Source: Dehalococcoidia bacterium | GTDB lineage: Bacteria > Chloroflexota > Dehalococcoidia > Lucifugimonadales > UBA3495 | Assembly (NCBI GenBank): GCA_965216155.1 | Contig: CBDCFD010000005.1 | Location: 149,569 to 213,568 of the forward strand | DNA length: 64,000 bases | Reading direction: 5' to 3' | Shown: positions 28,020-36,660 of the stretch, piece by piece | Position numbering within the stretch: position 1 is the first letter of the stretch | Layout of the letters: every line of letters begins with the position of its first letter | Notes under the pieces: generated by a model | Told to the model about the DNA's origin: nothing | The model's input: the letters and a program-made list of their open reading frames with translations, nothing else | Database searches by the model: none | Program-made: the position numbers and the translations under genes

Positions 28020-29588
28020 TTAGCCTGACCCCGTTAGGCGGGCGATCCCTCTCATGGTCGGCCCCCCGTTGCTCATACGCTTGGCCTGCATGGGCTGGCC
28101 CTTGCCGCAGTTGGGGATGGGGTTGACCCGCAGATCATTGCCCACCGCGTCGATGGAAGTGAAGTATTTGCGGGAGTCGGACGTAATCCCACCGTCGCGG
28201 TAGAGCCGCCCCAACTGGCCGTTCTCGACCTCGTAGATCCTGACCGCAGTGATGCGGAAATTTTCACGGGCCTCGGAGATGGATGGGGTGCGGTGACCCG
28301 CGATGTAGTAACCTGAGTCCACATCGGCGATTATGTCCGCCGGATCGCTCTCGCCAGGCGCGAAGATGGTGTTGGTCATGCGGACCAGCGGGACCAGGTG
28401 GGCATCGGTAGCGCGGGCGGAGCCGTTGGGGGCCACTCCCATGATGGATGCGGTCTGGCGGTTGTTCAGGAACTCTTCCAGTACCCCATTGCGGATTATG
28501 TATGCTCGATGGGGAGGCGTTCCCTCGTGGTCGTACCGGAACGAACCATAGCCTTCCATCAAAGGGTCGGAAAAGGCGCTGACCAGGGGCGAGGCGATCT
28601 GCCGGCCGACCTGATTGTCCTCAAGGGTGTTGAGGAACCAGGAGCGGCCGGCGTAGGCGGTCTCGTACTTCAGCGCGCGGTCCAACTCGGAGGGGTGGCC
28701 CACCACCTCATGCACCAGCAGGGTGTTGAAGTGAGGGTCGGTGACCACCACCACATCTTTGTCCGGTGGTCTTAATGGGGGCGCGGCCGCTACTTCAACG
28801 GCGTTTGCTCCCAATTCAGTGCAGAAGTCGACGAAGTTGGGCAGTATGATGGGACCGTTGTTGTAGCCCTCGGTCAGGATCTCCCAACCGCGCTGATGGC
28901 CGGTGAAATCGTACAGTTCGTACCCGCCCGCGTCTCCATCGCAGATGACGATTACGAACCCCTCGGTCTGGGCAAAGGACTGGTCGATGTCCGCCCCATC
29001 CGAGCTTAAATATAGCTCGCGGAGCAGGTATGTCACGGCGGAAGCGGCGGAATAGCCGATGCTGCCGCCCTGGCTGTGGGCCGCTTTGCAACCGTCCACG
29101 GCCATAGCGACCACGTCCTGAAGGGGGACTTCCCTGGGGTCGACTGTGAAGACGGGCGGCACGGTGTCCTGAGCGAGAGCCACAGGGGCTAACTCGGAAG
29201 ACGAAAGACTATCTCCAAGCCTTGCAAACCTGCCCCGTGCCAAATTTTTTAGCCTGGCGCTGGTCCTTGCCCGCTGATGGGCCTGCCGGATACCCTCCCA
29301 CACCACATCCTCGATGGTGGCGGCGTCCGTCGCGCCGAGGATACGGCCGTAGTATCCCGACGCGCTGGCCCTGGTCCCTGCGATTACCCGGACCCCGAAG
29401 TCGAACGAATAGTCTTCGGAGCTAGCCTTCTCGTTGCCGTTTTCCGCCACCGCGCCCTTCTCTTCCTTTACCTGAATGCGAAGGTCGCAGTACTTCAGCC
29501 CCGGCAGCCGCCTGGCCTGCTCAGTTACCAGCACGCCCAGGTTGGTCCGCATACGGTCGAGGATGCTTACAGTGATGGGTGATGGCAT
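28020..29588 (-). CDS. tldD: TldD family metalloprotease
   Basis: 522 aa with HEVVGHPSELDR (HExxxH) and the conserved C-terminal GKGQPMQ region. Confidence 0.9.
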   Translation of the reverse strand: MPSPITVSILDRMRTNLGVLVTEQARRLPGLKYCDLRIQVKEEKGAVAENGNEKASSEDYSFDFGVRVIAGTRASASGYYGRILGATDAATIEDVVWEGIRQAHQRARTSARLKNLARGRFARLGDSLSSSELAPVALAQDTVPPVFTVDPREVPLQDVVAMAVDGCKAAHSQGGSIGYSAASAVTYLLRELYLSSDGADIDQSFAQTEGFVIVICDGDAGGYELYDFTGHQRGWEILTEGYNNGPIILPNFVDFCTELGANAVEVAAAPPLRPPDKDVVVVTDPHFNTLLVHEVVGHPSELDRALKYETAYAGRSWFLNTLEDNQVGRQIASPLVSAFSDPLMEGYGSFRYDHEGTPPHRAYIIRNGVLEEFLNNRQTASIMGVAPNGSARATDAHLVPLVRMTNTIFAPGESDPADIIADVDSGYYIAGHRTPSISEARENFRITAVRIYEVENGQLGRLYRDGGITSDSRKYFTSIDAVGNDLRVNPIPNCGKGQPMQAKRMSNGGPTMRGIARLTGSG

Positions 29589-29695
29589 GGCAGTCCACTT
29601 ATCCTGCTATCAAATTCTCAACTTTATTGGTCCATTTCCTGGCAGGGACAGATTTTAACGCCGCCCCTGCGGTATGTCCGGAGTGCGGTTTACGT

Positions 29696-30013
29696 CTATA
29701 TCGACAAGTCCAAGGCAAACCGCAGCGCCTCCTCAATCGCTTTCATCTTCTCCTGGCTCAACCGGGTGATTCTCTGCTCGATATGGCGCTTATCTATAGT
29801 GAGTACCGCGTCAAGGTTGGCCGCACATGGCGCCGGCAGGCCGTCCTCCGGTCCTAACAGCACTTCGACAAGCAACCCGCGGACTCGAGTAGTACAGGCG
29901 ATGACGGTGACGTTTGTGAGGAACACATAGGCCGCCTCTCTGGTTAACAGGACTACGGGCCGAAGTCCCCAGGGGTCGGGAAGGTCGGCCCACCATACTT
30001 CGCCGCGCCTCAC
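29696..30013 (-). CDS. mazF: type II toxin, MazF/PemK family endoribonuclease
   Basis: MRRGEVWWADLPDP...RPVVLL...VIACTT pattern. Confidence 0.85.
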   Translation of the reverse strand: MRRGEVWWADLPDPWGLRPVVLLTREAAYVFLTNVTVIACTTRVRGLLVEVLLGPEDGLPAPCAANLDAVLTIDKRHIEQRITRLSQEKMKAIEEALRFALDLSI

Positions 30014-30255
30014 TCGTCAGTCTCCGCATCCCAGGGTGGCACGTCCACAGCCATTGACATCGCCGCCTGGAGCCAGCCTTCCAGGTCGTCCTCCTCTCCC
30101 GGACGGTCGAAGAATGCCCACGCTTTTTCTTGAAAACGGATGTAATATTCCACGGCCTGCCGGACAAAATCGTCGAGAGTCATCCCACGGCGCAGGTGGG
30201 ACTTCTCCAACTTCGACAGGACATCCTCCGGCAGCGTTATGGTCACTGTTCCCAT
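30010..30255 (-). CDS. ribbon-helix-helix antitoxin (MazE-like)
   Basis: 81 aa. VTITLPEDVLSKLEK RHH start and an acidic tail. Overlaps mazF by 4 nt. Confidence 0.7.
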   Translation of the reverse strand: MGTVTITLPEDVLSKLEKSHLRRGMTLDDFVRQAVEYYIRFQEKAWAFFDRPGEEDDLEGWLQAAMSMAVDVPPWDAETDE

Positions 30256-30292
30256 TTCTGCTCCTCACTGTATGGCTATGGACTCCCGCTCG

Positions 30293-31981
30293 CTAACCCG
30301 TCACCGCGCCCTCGGACGCCGACGACACCAGCTTGGCGTACTTGGCCAGGACTCCGGTGGTGTAGTTGGGAGGGATGGGCTTGAAGTTGGCTCGCCGGTC
30401 GGTGAATTGTTCCTCGGTGAGCTGAACGTCCAGGCGGCGCTGGGGGATGTCCAGCGTGATGATGTCGCCTTCTTGGAGCAGTCCGATGGGGCCGCCTACC
30501 GCGGCTTCGGGCGTCACGTGGCCGACCATCGGCCCGTGGGTCGCGCCGGAGAAGCGTCCGTCGGTCATCAGCGCCACGTCGTCGCCCAACCCCTGGCCCA
30601 CCAACGCGCCGGTTACCGCCAGCATCTCCTGCATTCCGGGGCCGCCCTTGGGACCCTCGTAGCGAATGACCAGGATGTCGCCGGGCTTAATCTCGCGGCG
30701 CTGAATGGCCTGGAATGCGGCCTGTTCCTGGTCGAACACCCGGGCCGGGCCCTGGTAGACCTTCTCCTGGTGACCGGCGACTTTGATTACCGCTCCATCG
30801 GGGGCCAGGTTGCCGTAGAGGATGGCCAGGCCGCCGGTAGGGCTGCGCGGCTGGTCCGTGGGAACTACTACCGGCTGGTCCTCCACCGTGTTCATGGCGT
30901 CGACGTTTTCCTGCAGGGTCTTGCCGGTGATGGTCATCGCATCGCCGTGAAGCAGGCCCGCCCTGAGCAGCCTTTTCACAATGAGCGACACGCCGCCGTA
31001 ACGGTCCAGGTCTGCCATGACGTACCTGCCCGCGGGCCTCATGTCGGCGATGTAAGGCGTGCTCCGGCTGATGCGGTCGAAGTCGCTCAGGCCCAACTCA
31101 ACCTGGGCCTCGTGAGAGATGGCCATGAGGTGCAGCACCGCGTTGGTAGACCCGCCCATTGCGACCACCGCGGTGATGGCGTTCTCAAACGCCTGGCGGG
31201 TCAGAATGTCCCTGGGGCGGACGTCTTCTTCGAGGAGGCGCATGAGGGTCCGGCCCGCTTGCCGGGTGTGCTCGGCCTTGCGGGGGTCTATCGCCGGGAT
31301 GGAAGCGTCGCCGGGCAGGGACATTCCCATGACCTCGATGGCGGTGGACATGGTGTTGGCGGTGAAGAGACCGGCGCAGGAACCCTCGCCGGGGCAGGCG
31401 ACACATTCCAGGGCGTGAAGCTCGTCAAGGGTCATGTTGCCGCTGGCGTATGCGCCCACAGCCTCAAAGACGTCCTGGATGTTGACGTCGTTGCCGTTGT
31501 AGTTGCCCGGCATGATGGTGCCGCCGTATACGAACAGGGCGGGTATGTTCAGGCGCGCAATGGCCATCATGCAGCCTGGCATATTTTTGTCGCAGCCGGC
31601 GACGGTTATGAGGGCGTCCATGCGTTCACCGAAGGCGACGACCTCGATGGAATCGGCAATGACCTCGCGGCTCACCAGGGAAGCCTTCATCCCTTCCGTT
31701 CCCATGGAGATGCCGTCGCTGATCGTGATGGTGCCGAACTCGAAAGGCGTTCCATCGGCCTGGCGGACGCCTTCTTTGGCTGCCTGGGCCAGCCGGTCCA
31801 GGTGCACGTTGCAGGGAGTCACGTCGCTGGCCAGGTTGGCGATTGCGACGAAGGGTTTGTCTATGTCGTCCTGGGTGAGGCCCATTGCCGTGAGCATGGC
31901 TCGGGCGGGGGCGCGGTCGGGCCCCTCGACGATCTCCCGGCTGCGGTGTTTCAGGTTCAGGTTGCGGCTGGTGGTGGTCAT
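30293..31981 (-). CDS. ilvD: dihydroxy-acid dehydratase
   Basis: 562 aa with CDKNMPG and the Fe-S cluster cysteines. Confidence 0.95.
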   Translation of the reverse strand: MTTTSRNLNLKHRSREIVEGPDRAPARAMLTAMGLTQDDIDKPFVAIANLASDVTPCNVHLDRLAQAAKEGVRQADGTPFEFGTITISDGISMGTEGMKASLVSREVIADSIEVVAFGERMDALITVAGCDKNMPGCMMAIARLNIPALFVYGGTIMPGNYNGNDVNIQDVFEAVGAYASGNMTLDELHALECVACPGEGSCAGLFTANTMSTAIEVMGMSLPGDASIPAIDPRKAEHTRQAGRTLMRLLEEDVRPRDILTRQAFENAITAVVAMGGSTNAVLHLMAISHEAQVELGLSDFDRISRSTPYIADMRPAGRYVMADLDRYGGVSLIVKRLLRAGLLHGDAMTITGKTLQENVDAMNTVEDQPVVVPTDQPRSPTGGLAILYGNLAPDGAVIKVAGHQEKVYQGPARVFDQEQAAFQAIQRREIKPGDILVIRYEGPKGGPGMQEMLAVTGALVGQGLGDDVALMTDGRFSGATHGPMVGHVTPEAAVGGPIGLLQEGDIITLDIPQRRLDVQLTEEQFTDRRANFKPIPPNYTTGVLAKYAKLVSSASEGAVTG

Positions 31982-32090
31982 GAGTGTCCTCCTATGCTAA
32001 AAGACCTGTTTGTACCGATCCGATTACGTGTGGAATTGAATCTTGACTGTGGCCTGCTGGTGTGGGAGCCGTGATCGGGTCTCTTTGGAA

Positions 32091-32899
32091 TCAAGCTCGA
32101 ATGAATGGTTGGTTGACTACTCGGGCCAAGGGCATCAAGGGGGTGCCGCTGAAGTCCCATCGTTGTCCCCAACACATTTCGGGCACGATACCATGATAAT
32201 GGCCCTTGAGAGTACGCTCCCAATCCGCCTCGGATTGGAAAGTCGGCCCTCTGTCCAACATGTCCTTGGCATCCAGGAATCCGAGATAAAGCAGAACCAC
32301 GGGGATGCCGAGTGACACCAGCTTCCAAGACCATGCAAACGGTTGGATAGCTGGTAGCATTCGTCCCGGGATATGGCCCAATGGCCACCAATGACAGACT
32401 GTAACTCAGTACGGGCCTGGCGTATCGCGTGGCCTATCCTCGTATGATTTTTCTGGCTATTTTCGCTGGCCCCGCCGTTAAGGTCCTTGCCCGCGTACTC
32501 GAGTTCGTTTTCGTGAGCTTTGGCTTCTACCAGCAGAAGTCCTGGCTTGCCGTCGATTCTGCACGTGCTAGCGATATCCCAGTTCGGGGTTGTTGTTCTC
32601 CCACCCCTTCCCCATACGGCCAACCACCACTCCCGAAGGTGGCGCCGGTTCTCATCCGACATGAGATCGCGCGCCTTATCGAGTTGGGCTTCATTGGCGG
32701 GCGATTTGTCCCACAGGCCATTCCTGCGCACAGGTTTGCCGTAAGGCATCCATTTGTCGTCAGAAGACACGACTACACCCGGAAGATTGACAAGGCGGGT
32801 CAGGCGCTCGGCGACAACATCCGGCTTGCCATCCATGAGCAGTACACAACGAGGCCGACTACCCCGATTATCCTTACCGAGTTGCTCCCACCATGCCAT
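32091..32899 (-). pseudogene. PD-(D/E)XK nuclease-like hypothetical protein, probably frameshifted
   Basis: WDIASTC...GLLLVEAKAH forms a D...ExK core. At ccgtttgca (about 32337-32345) the frame changes from ...ECYQLSNR to FAWSWKLVSLGIPVVLLYLGFLD (ORF 32091..32381). Confidence 0.45.
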
Positions 32900-33110
32900 G
32901 CTTTCACCTTCTTTCCTTCTTGAACCGGCGTTGAAAGGAACCTGATTATATCGACGGCCACAATTGGTTACAACTTTGAGGGCAGCGTACCGATGCCCTT
33001 GGGAGGGCGTCCGGGAATGGGTCTATAGACGTGATTCAAGGTTGCGGATGGGGGGATTTTCTTGTAGTCTGATTCGGGATTTGAAATCTACGAGAAGAGG
33101 TAACGCAAGT

Positions 33111-33572
33111 ATGTTCAAGTGGTTGAGCGTTCCCAGGGCAAAGGCCCACTGTGACATCCCGTGCGGGATTTATGACCCGCTGGTTGCTAAAATCGCGGCC
33201 CAGACCGTGCAGAAGATGGTCTTGCGGATGCAGGCTTTAGAGGCTCCAACCCGCGACGACGGCGCCGATGCGATGCAGGACTATGCCAACAAGGTGGCCC
33301 GCTACATCGCGGTGAAAGAGGACCATGCCGAGAAGTGCAAAGAAGAGCTGCGTATCCTCTGGGCCGACTACGCCTGGCCCAACACCGACGCCAATGAGAT
33401 CGCCGCCACGTTCAACGCCGCCCTCAAGCTGGCCGGCCAGTGCAAGCAGACCGTGAGCATGGACAACGCCGAGAACCTGGTGGCTGCCTGCGACGACATC
33501 GCCGCGGCTTTCTGGAGCACGAAGAACGTGGAGTACAGCGACCCCAACGCCGCCGCCCGCTACGGTGCGTAA
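33111..33572 (+). CDS. sodN: nickel superoxide dismutase precursor
   Basis: ATG at 33111 gives the leader MFKWLSVPRAKA, followed by the Ni-hook HCDIPCGIYDP. Confidence 0.9.
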   Translation: MFKWLSVPRAKAHCDIPCGIYDPLVAKIAAQTVQKMVLRMQALEAPTRDDGADAMQDYANKVARYIAVKEDHAEKCKEELRILWADYAWPNTDANEIAATFNAALKLAGQCKQTVSMDNAENLVAACDDIAAAFWSTKNVEYSDPNAAARYGA

Positions 33573-33612
33573 ACTCTACTTCGCCGGTCTTACCTTCGGA
33601 AGCGAAACATAA

Positions 33613-33646
33613 CGAAGCGGGAGCCGACTCTTCGGCTCCCGCTTCG
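33613..33646. terminator. bidirectional terminator hairpin between sodN and hsp20
   Basis: cgaagcgggagccga-ctct-tcggctcccgcttcg forms a perfect 15-bp stem. Confidence 0.7.
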
Positions 33647-33688
33647 TGTTGTGGGAGGAGACACCTTTTTTCGGGGATCGGGTTTCGG

Positions 33689-34159
33689 TTAGCCGCTGAG
33701 GGAAGTTGATGGCTCGCCGACGTGGACCTGTAGCTGCCTGGCCCTCTTGGCTTCGGCCTTTGGGATTTTGACGGTCAGGACCCCGTTCTGGTAGTGGGGC
33801 TCGGCCTTGTCGGCGTCCACCGAATCGGGTAGCCGCAACGCACGGTGGAAGGACCCGGACCGGCGCTCACGCATCAGGAAAGTGCCGTCACCCTCCTGGT
33901 GTTCCTCCGCGGTGGTCCCTTTGATGGTCAGAACGTTGTCCTCGATGGACACCTGGATGTTGTCGGGGGCAACCCCCGGCATGGAGGTGCGGATGACGGT
34001 GTGCTTTCCGTTCTGGATTACGTCGAGGGGAACAGCCCATGCCTCCACGTGCGGGGTGTCCGGAGAAGCGCCGGAGCCGTTGCCAAATCTTCGCCACACC
34101 CGGTCCATGGTGTCTTGCATCTGCCGTAGGTCGCTGAATGGGTCAAAACGCTGAATCAT
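33689..34159 (-). CDS. Hsp20/alpha-crystallin small heat-shock protein
   Basis: Alpha-crystallin domain ...FHRALRLPDSVDADKAEPHYQNGVLTVKIPK, with an AAGGAGG RBS. Confidence 0.9.
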   Translation of the reverse strand: MIQRFDPFSDLRQMQDTMDRVWRRFGNGSGASPDTPHVEAWAVPLDVIQNGKHTVIRTSMPGVAPDNIQVSIEDNVLTIKGTTAEEHQEGDGTFLMRERRSGSFHRALRLPDSVDADKAEPHYQNGVLTVKIPKAEAKRARQLQVHVGEPSTSLSG

Positions 34160-34234
34160 CGGTTTTCCTCCTTAGTTATTCGCTCTCGATTTAGATTGAG
34201 TCCGGTTGGGTCCATTCGAGCCACGCAATGGAAG

Positions 34235-34426
34235 CTAGAATGAGTAGTAACTGACTCCCGCAAAGGGCACCTGGTAATGCCACTGTCGGGCTTCGGGCTG
34301 CTTGGGCTCCTGTGACCGCCCGGCCTCTTCCGGAATGCTCTGCATCTGCTGGGCCAGCTTGCTACCCATCTCATTGGCGGCCAACTCGGGTTGTTCGGAC
34401 TTGTCTAGAATCTTTACCGTAGCCAC
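34235..34426 (-). CDS. small hypothetical protein, first gene of the hsp20 unit
   Basis: 63 codons. GTG start 7 nt after a perfect AGGAGG (complement of 34434-34439). Confidence 0.45.
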   Translation of the reverse strand: MATVKILDKSEQPELAANEMGSKLAQQMQSIPEEAGRSQEPKQPEARQWHYQVPFAGVSYYSF

Positions 34427-34466
34427 GACTTAACCTCCTGCTGATTAGTATGACACGAGTATAACG

Positions 34467-34487
34467 CTTGATATAAGCTGTATCAAT
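34467..34487. promoter_or_regulatory. HAIR-like inverted repeat (candidate HspR operator) overlapping the hsp20-unit promoter
   Basis: CTTGATA-N7-TATCAAT compared with the HAIR consensus CTTGAGT-N7-ACTCAAG. On the minus strand, TTGATA-17 nt-TATACT forms -35/-10 boxes. Confidence 0.5.
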
Positions 34488-34515
34488 TATATGCAAGTAG
34501 GAAGTCATTATATGG

Positions 34516-34552
34516 ATATGATATTGACATCATATTGCCCCGGGTATATAAA
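34516..34552 (+). promoter_or_regulatory. candidate hspR promoter with an overlapping inverted repeat
   Basis: TTGACA (34524-34529), a 17-nt spacer, then TATAAA (34547-34552). The inverted repeat ATATGAT-N6-ATCATAT spans 34516-34535. Confidence 0.45.
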
Positions 34553-34591
34553 CGCTTTAGACCGACCGGTGCGAGACTTCGGGGGAAACGA

Positions 34592-35047
34592 ATGAGGCAG
34601 ACCCAGGGCATCTACTTGATCAGCGTGGTGGCGAAGACACTGGAGATGCACCCGCAGACGCTTCGCAAATACGAGCGTGCGGGGTTCATCGAGCCGTTGC
34701 GGATGGGCAGTCTTCGGACCTACTCCGACGAGGACATCGCCCGCCTGCGCCTGATCAAGCACTTCGTAGACGACATGGGGTTGAACCTGGCCGGCGTGAA
34801 CCTGGCCCTCCAGCTTACCAGTGAGTTGCTGGAAGTCCGAATGAGGCTATCATCGGATGAGACGCCGTCGGGGCCGGTGGCCGCGTCCATCCGGCAAATC
34901 GACGGGATGCTGGCAACCCTGGGAGTCCGGGTCGTGGCGCGGCCCGATCCCGAAGGCAACCCGCCGCCGGCGCAACCGGGAGAAGGCTGGTTCAAGGTCA
35001 ACCCCGGCGAGACGGTCGAGTTCGATGCCCCGCCGGGCAGCGGTTAG
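34592..35047 (+). CDS. hspR: MerR-family heat-shock regulator HspR
   Basis: ATG at 34592 gives MRQTQGIYLISVVAKTLEMHPQTLRKYERAGFIEP. Divergent from hsp20. Confidence 0.8.
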   Translation: MRQTQGIYLISVVAKTLEMHPQTLRKYERAGFIEPLRMGSLRTYSDEDIARLRLIKHFVDDMGLNLAGVNLALQLTSELLEVRMRLSSDETPSGPVAASIRQIDGMLATLGVRVVARPDPEGNPPPAQPGEGWFKVNPGETVEFDAPPGSG

Positions 35048-36333
35048 CTTAGCCGGGTCAACGCCTCTTCCGCCGTGGCGATGGTCTGGTCGATGTCCGC
35101 TTCCGTGTGGGCGGTGGAAACGAACCCGGCCTCGAATTGGGACGGGGCGATATAGACCCCGCGCTCCAGCATCTCGTGGAAGTAACGCCCGTAGAGCTCG
35201 GCGTCCGACGCCTCGACCTGCTCCAGGCTGTTCACGGGGCCCGGATTCATAAACCCGGTAAACATCGACCCCACGCGGTTGATAGTTGCGGGAACTTCCG
35301 CCCGCTGGAACACGCCGGCCAACCCTTCAGTAAGCCGCTGCGCCATCGCGTCGATTCGCTCGTATACTCCGGGGGCCTGGAGTTCGGTCAGGGTGGCGAC
35401 GCCCGCGCTGACCGCCAGTGGGTTGCCGGAGAGGGTCCCCGCCTGGTACATGTCCCCCAGGGGAGCGACGCGCTCCATGATCTCCCGTCTCCCCCCGTAA
35501 GCCCCCACGGGGAGGCCGCCGCCGATAATCTTGCCCATCGTGGTTATGTCCGGGGTCACGCCGAAAAGCCCTTGGGCCCCGTGAGGGCCAACCCGGAACC
35601 CGGTAATTACCTCGTCGAATATCAACAGGGCGCCGGCCCTGCTCGTAATGTCCCGGAGCCCTTGCAGAAACCCGTCGGCTGGCGGGACCACTCCCATGTT
35701 TCCGGCAACCGGTTCGACGATGATTCCTGCAATAGCTGACGGAAAGGACTCGAAGTACGCTTCCACAGAACCCAGATCGTTGAAGTCCGCCACCAGAGTC
35801 TCGGAGGCATAGGAATCAGGGATCCCCGCGCTGGTGGGGATTCCGTGAGTCAACGCCCCGGAGCCAGCCCGGACCAGCAAACCGTCGGCGTGGCCGTGGT
35901 AGCAGCCGGCAAACTTTATAATCTTGTCGCGCCCGGTGAAGGCCCGCGCCAAGCGAATGGCGCTCATACAGGCTTCGGTGCCGGAGTTGACCATACGCAC
36001 GAGCTCTACCGATGGGAAGGCGCCGCACACCAAGCGGGCAAGGTTCACCTCGTTCTCAACGGGCGCTCCGAAACTGGTCCCGCCTTCAGCAGCCTTGCGC
36101 AGTGCCTCGACAACCGCGGGGTGGGCGTGACCGAGCACCAGGGGCCCCCACGAGCCCAGGAAGTCGATGTATTCGTTGCCATCGACGTCCCAAACATGCG
36201 AGCCCTGTCCTCTGGCGATGAACAGAGGCGTTCCCCCCACGGCCCGGAATGAACGGACAGGGCTGTTGACCCCGCCGGGAATGTATTTCTGCGCCTCGGC
36301 GAAGAGGGTTTCGGATTTGGCGTTTTGCATCAT
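35044..36333 (-). CDS. hemL: glutamate-1-semialdehyde 2,1-aminomutase
   Basis: 429 aa with IPGGVNSPVRSF and the PLP-lysine region. Confidence 0.95.
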   Translation of the reverse strand: MMQNAKSETLFAEAQKYIPGGVNSPVRSFRAVGGTPLFIARGQGSHVWDVDGNEYIDFLGSWGPLVLGHAHPAVVEALRKAAEGGTSFGAPVENEVNLARLVCGAFPSVELVRMVNSGTEACMSAIRLARAFTGRDKIIKFAGCYHGHADGLLVRAGSGALTHGIPTSAGIPDSYASETLVADFNDLGSVEAYFESFPSAIAGIIVEPVAGNMGVVPPADGFLQGLRDITSRAGALLIFDEVITGFRVGPHGAQGLFGVTPDITTMGKIIGGGLPVGAYGGRREIMERVAPLGDMYQAGTLSGNPLAVSAGVATLTELQAPGVYERIDAMAQRLTEGLAGVFQRAEVPATINRVGSMFTGFMNPGPVNSLEQVEASDAELYGRYFHEMLERGVYIAPSQFEAGFVSTAHTEADIDQTIATAEEALTRLS

Positions 36334-36363
36334 AATTCCCTGTAGGCTAAAGATATGATGACC

Positions 36364-36660
36364 TCATCGGAGAAGGTCTCTGGCGCCACGATACGTTGCC
36401 TCTCCTCGTCGCTCAACCCAGGCGACTTCTACCAATTGTGTTGTGTCCTGTACTCCGTAGACTATTCTATAGGGGCCAACTCTAATGCGGTATATGTCCG
36501 GGCCTAACCGAACGGACCTGGCGGGGCGAGGGTTCGCTGCCAAAGCGTCGATTGCCTCATCCACTCTCTGGCGATAGTTCGGGTGGACTCTTCTCAACTC
36601 CCGCTCGACCCGGCGGCTGCCGGTTATGACTCGATAAAGACTTGGATTCGCTTCGGACAT
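36364..36660 (-). CDS. type II toxin, RelE/ParE family
   Basis: 98 aa. LYRVITGSRRVERELRRV...IDALAANPRP...YRIRVGPYRIVY. Confidence 0.8.
   Translation of the reverse strand: MSEANPSLYRVITGSRRVERELRRVHPNYRQRVDEAIDALAANPRPARSVRLGPDIYRIRVGPYRIVYGVQDTTQLVEVAWVERRGEATYRGARDLLR

Noticed and set aside
29540-30255. Possible third 5'-end capture (MazE MGTVTITLPEDV versus TldD MPSPITVSILDR).
   Set aside because: The DNA of the two start regions does not align, and the VTITLP pattern is simply the generic ribbon-helix-helix beta-strand.
30239-32074. 611-aa plus-strand ORF.
   Set aside because: It is exactly antisense to ilvD, which has unambiguous motifs. This is a typical GC-rich shadow ORF. The same applies to 37259..38233 (antisense to hemB) and 42944..43885 (antisense to ahbAB).
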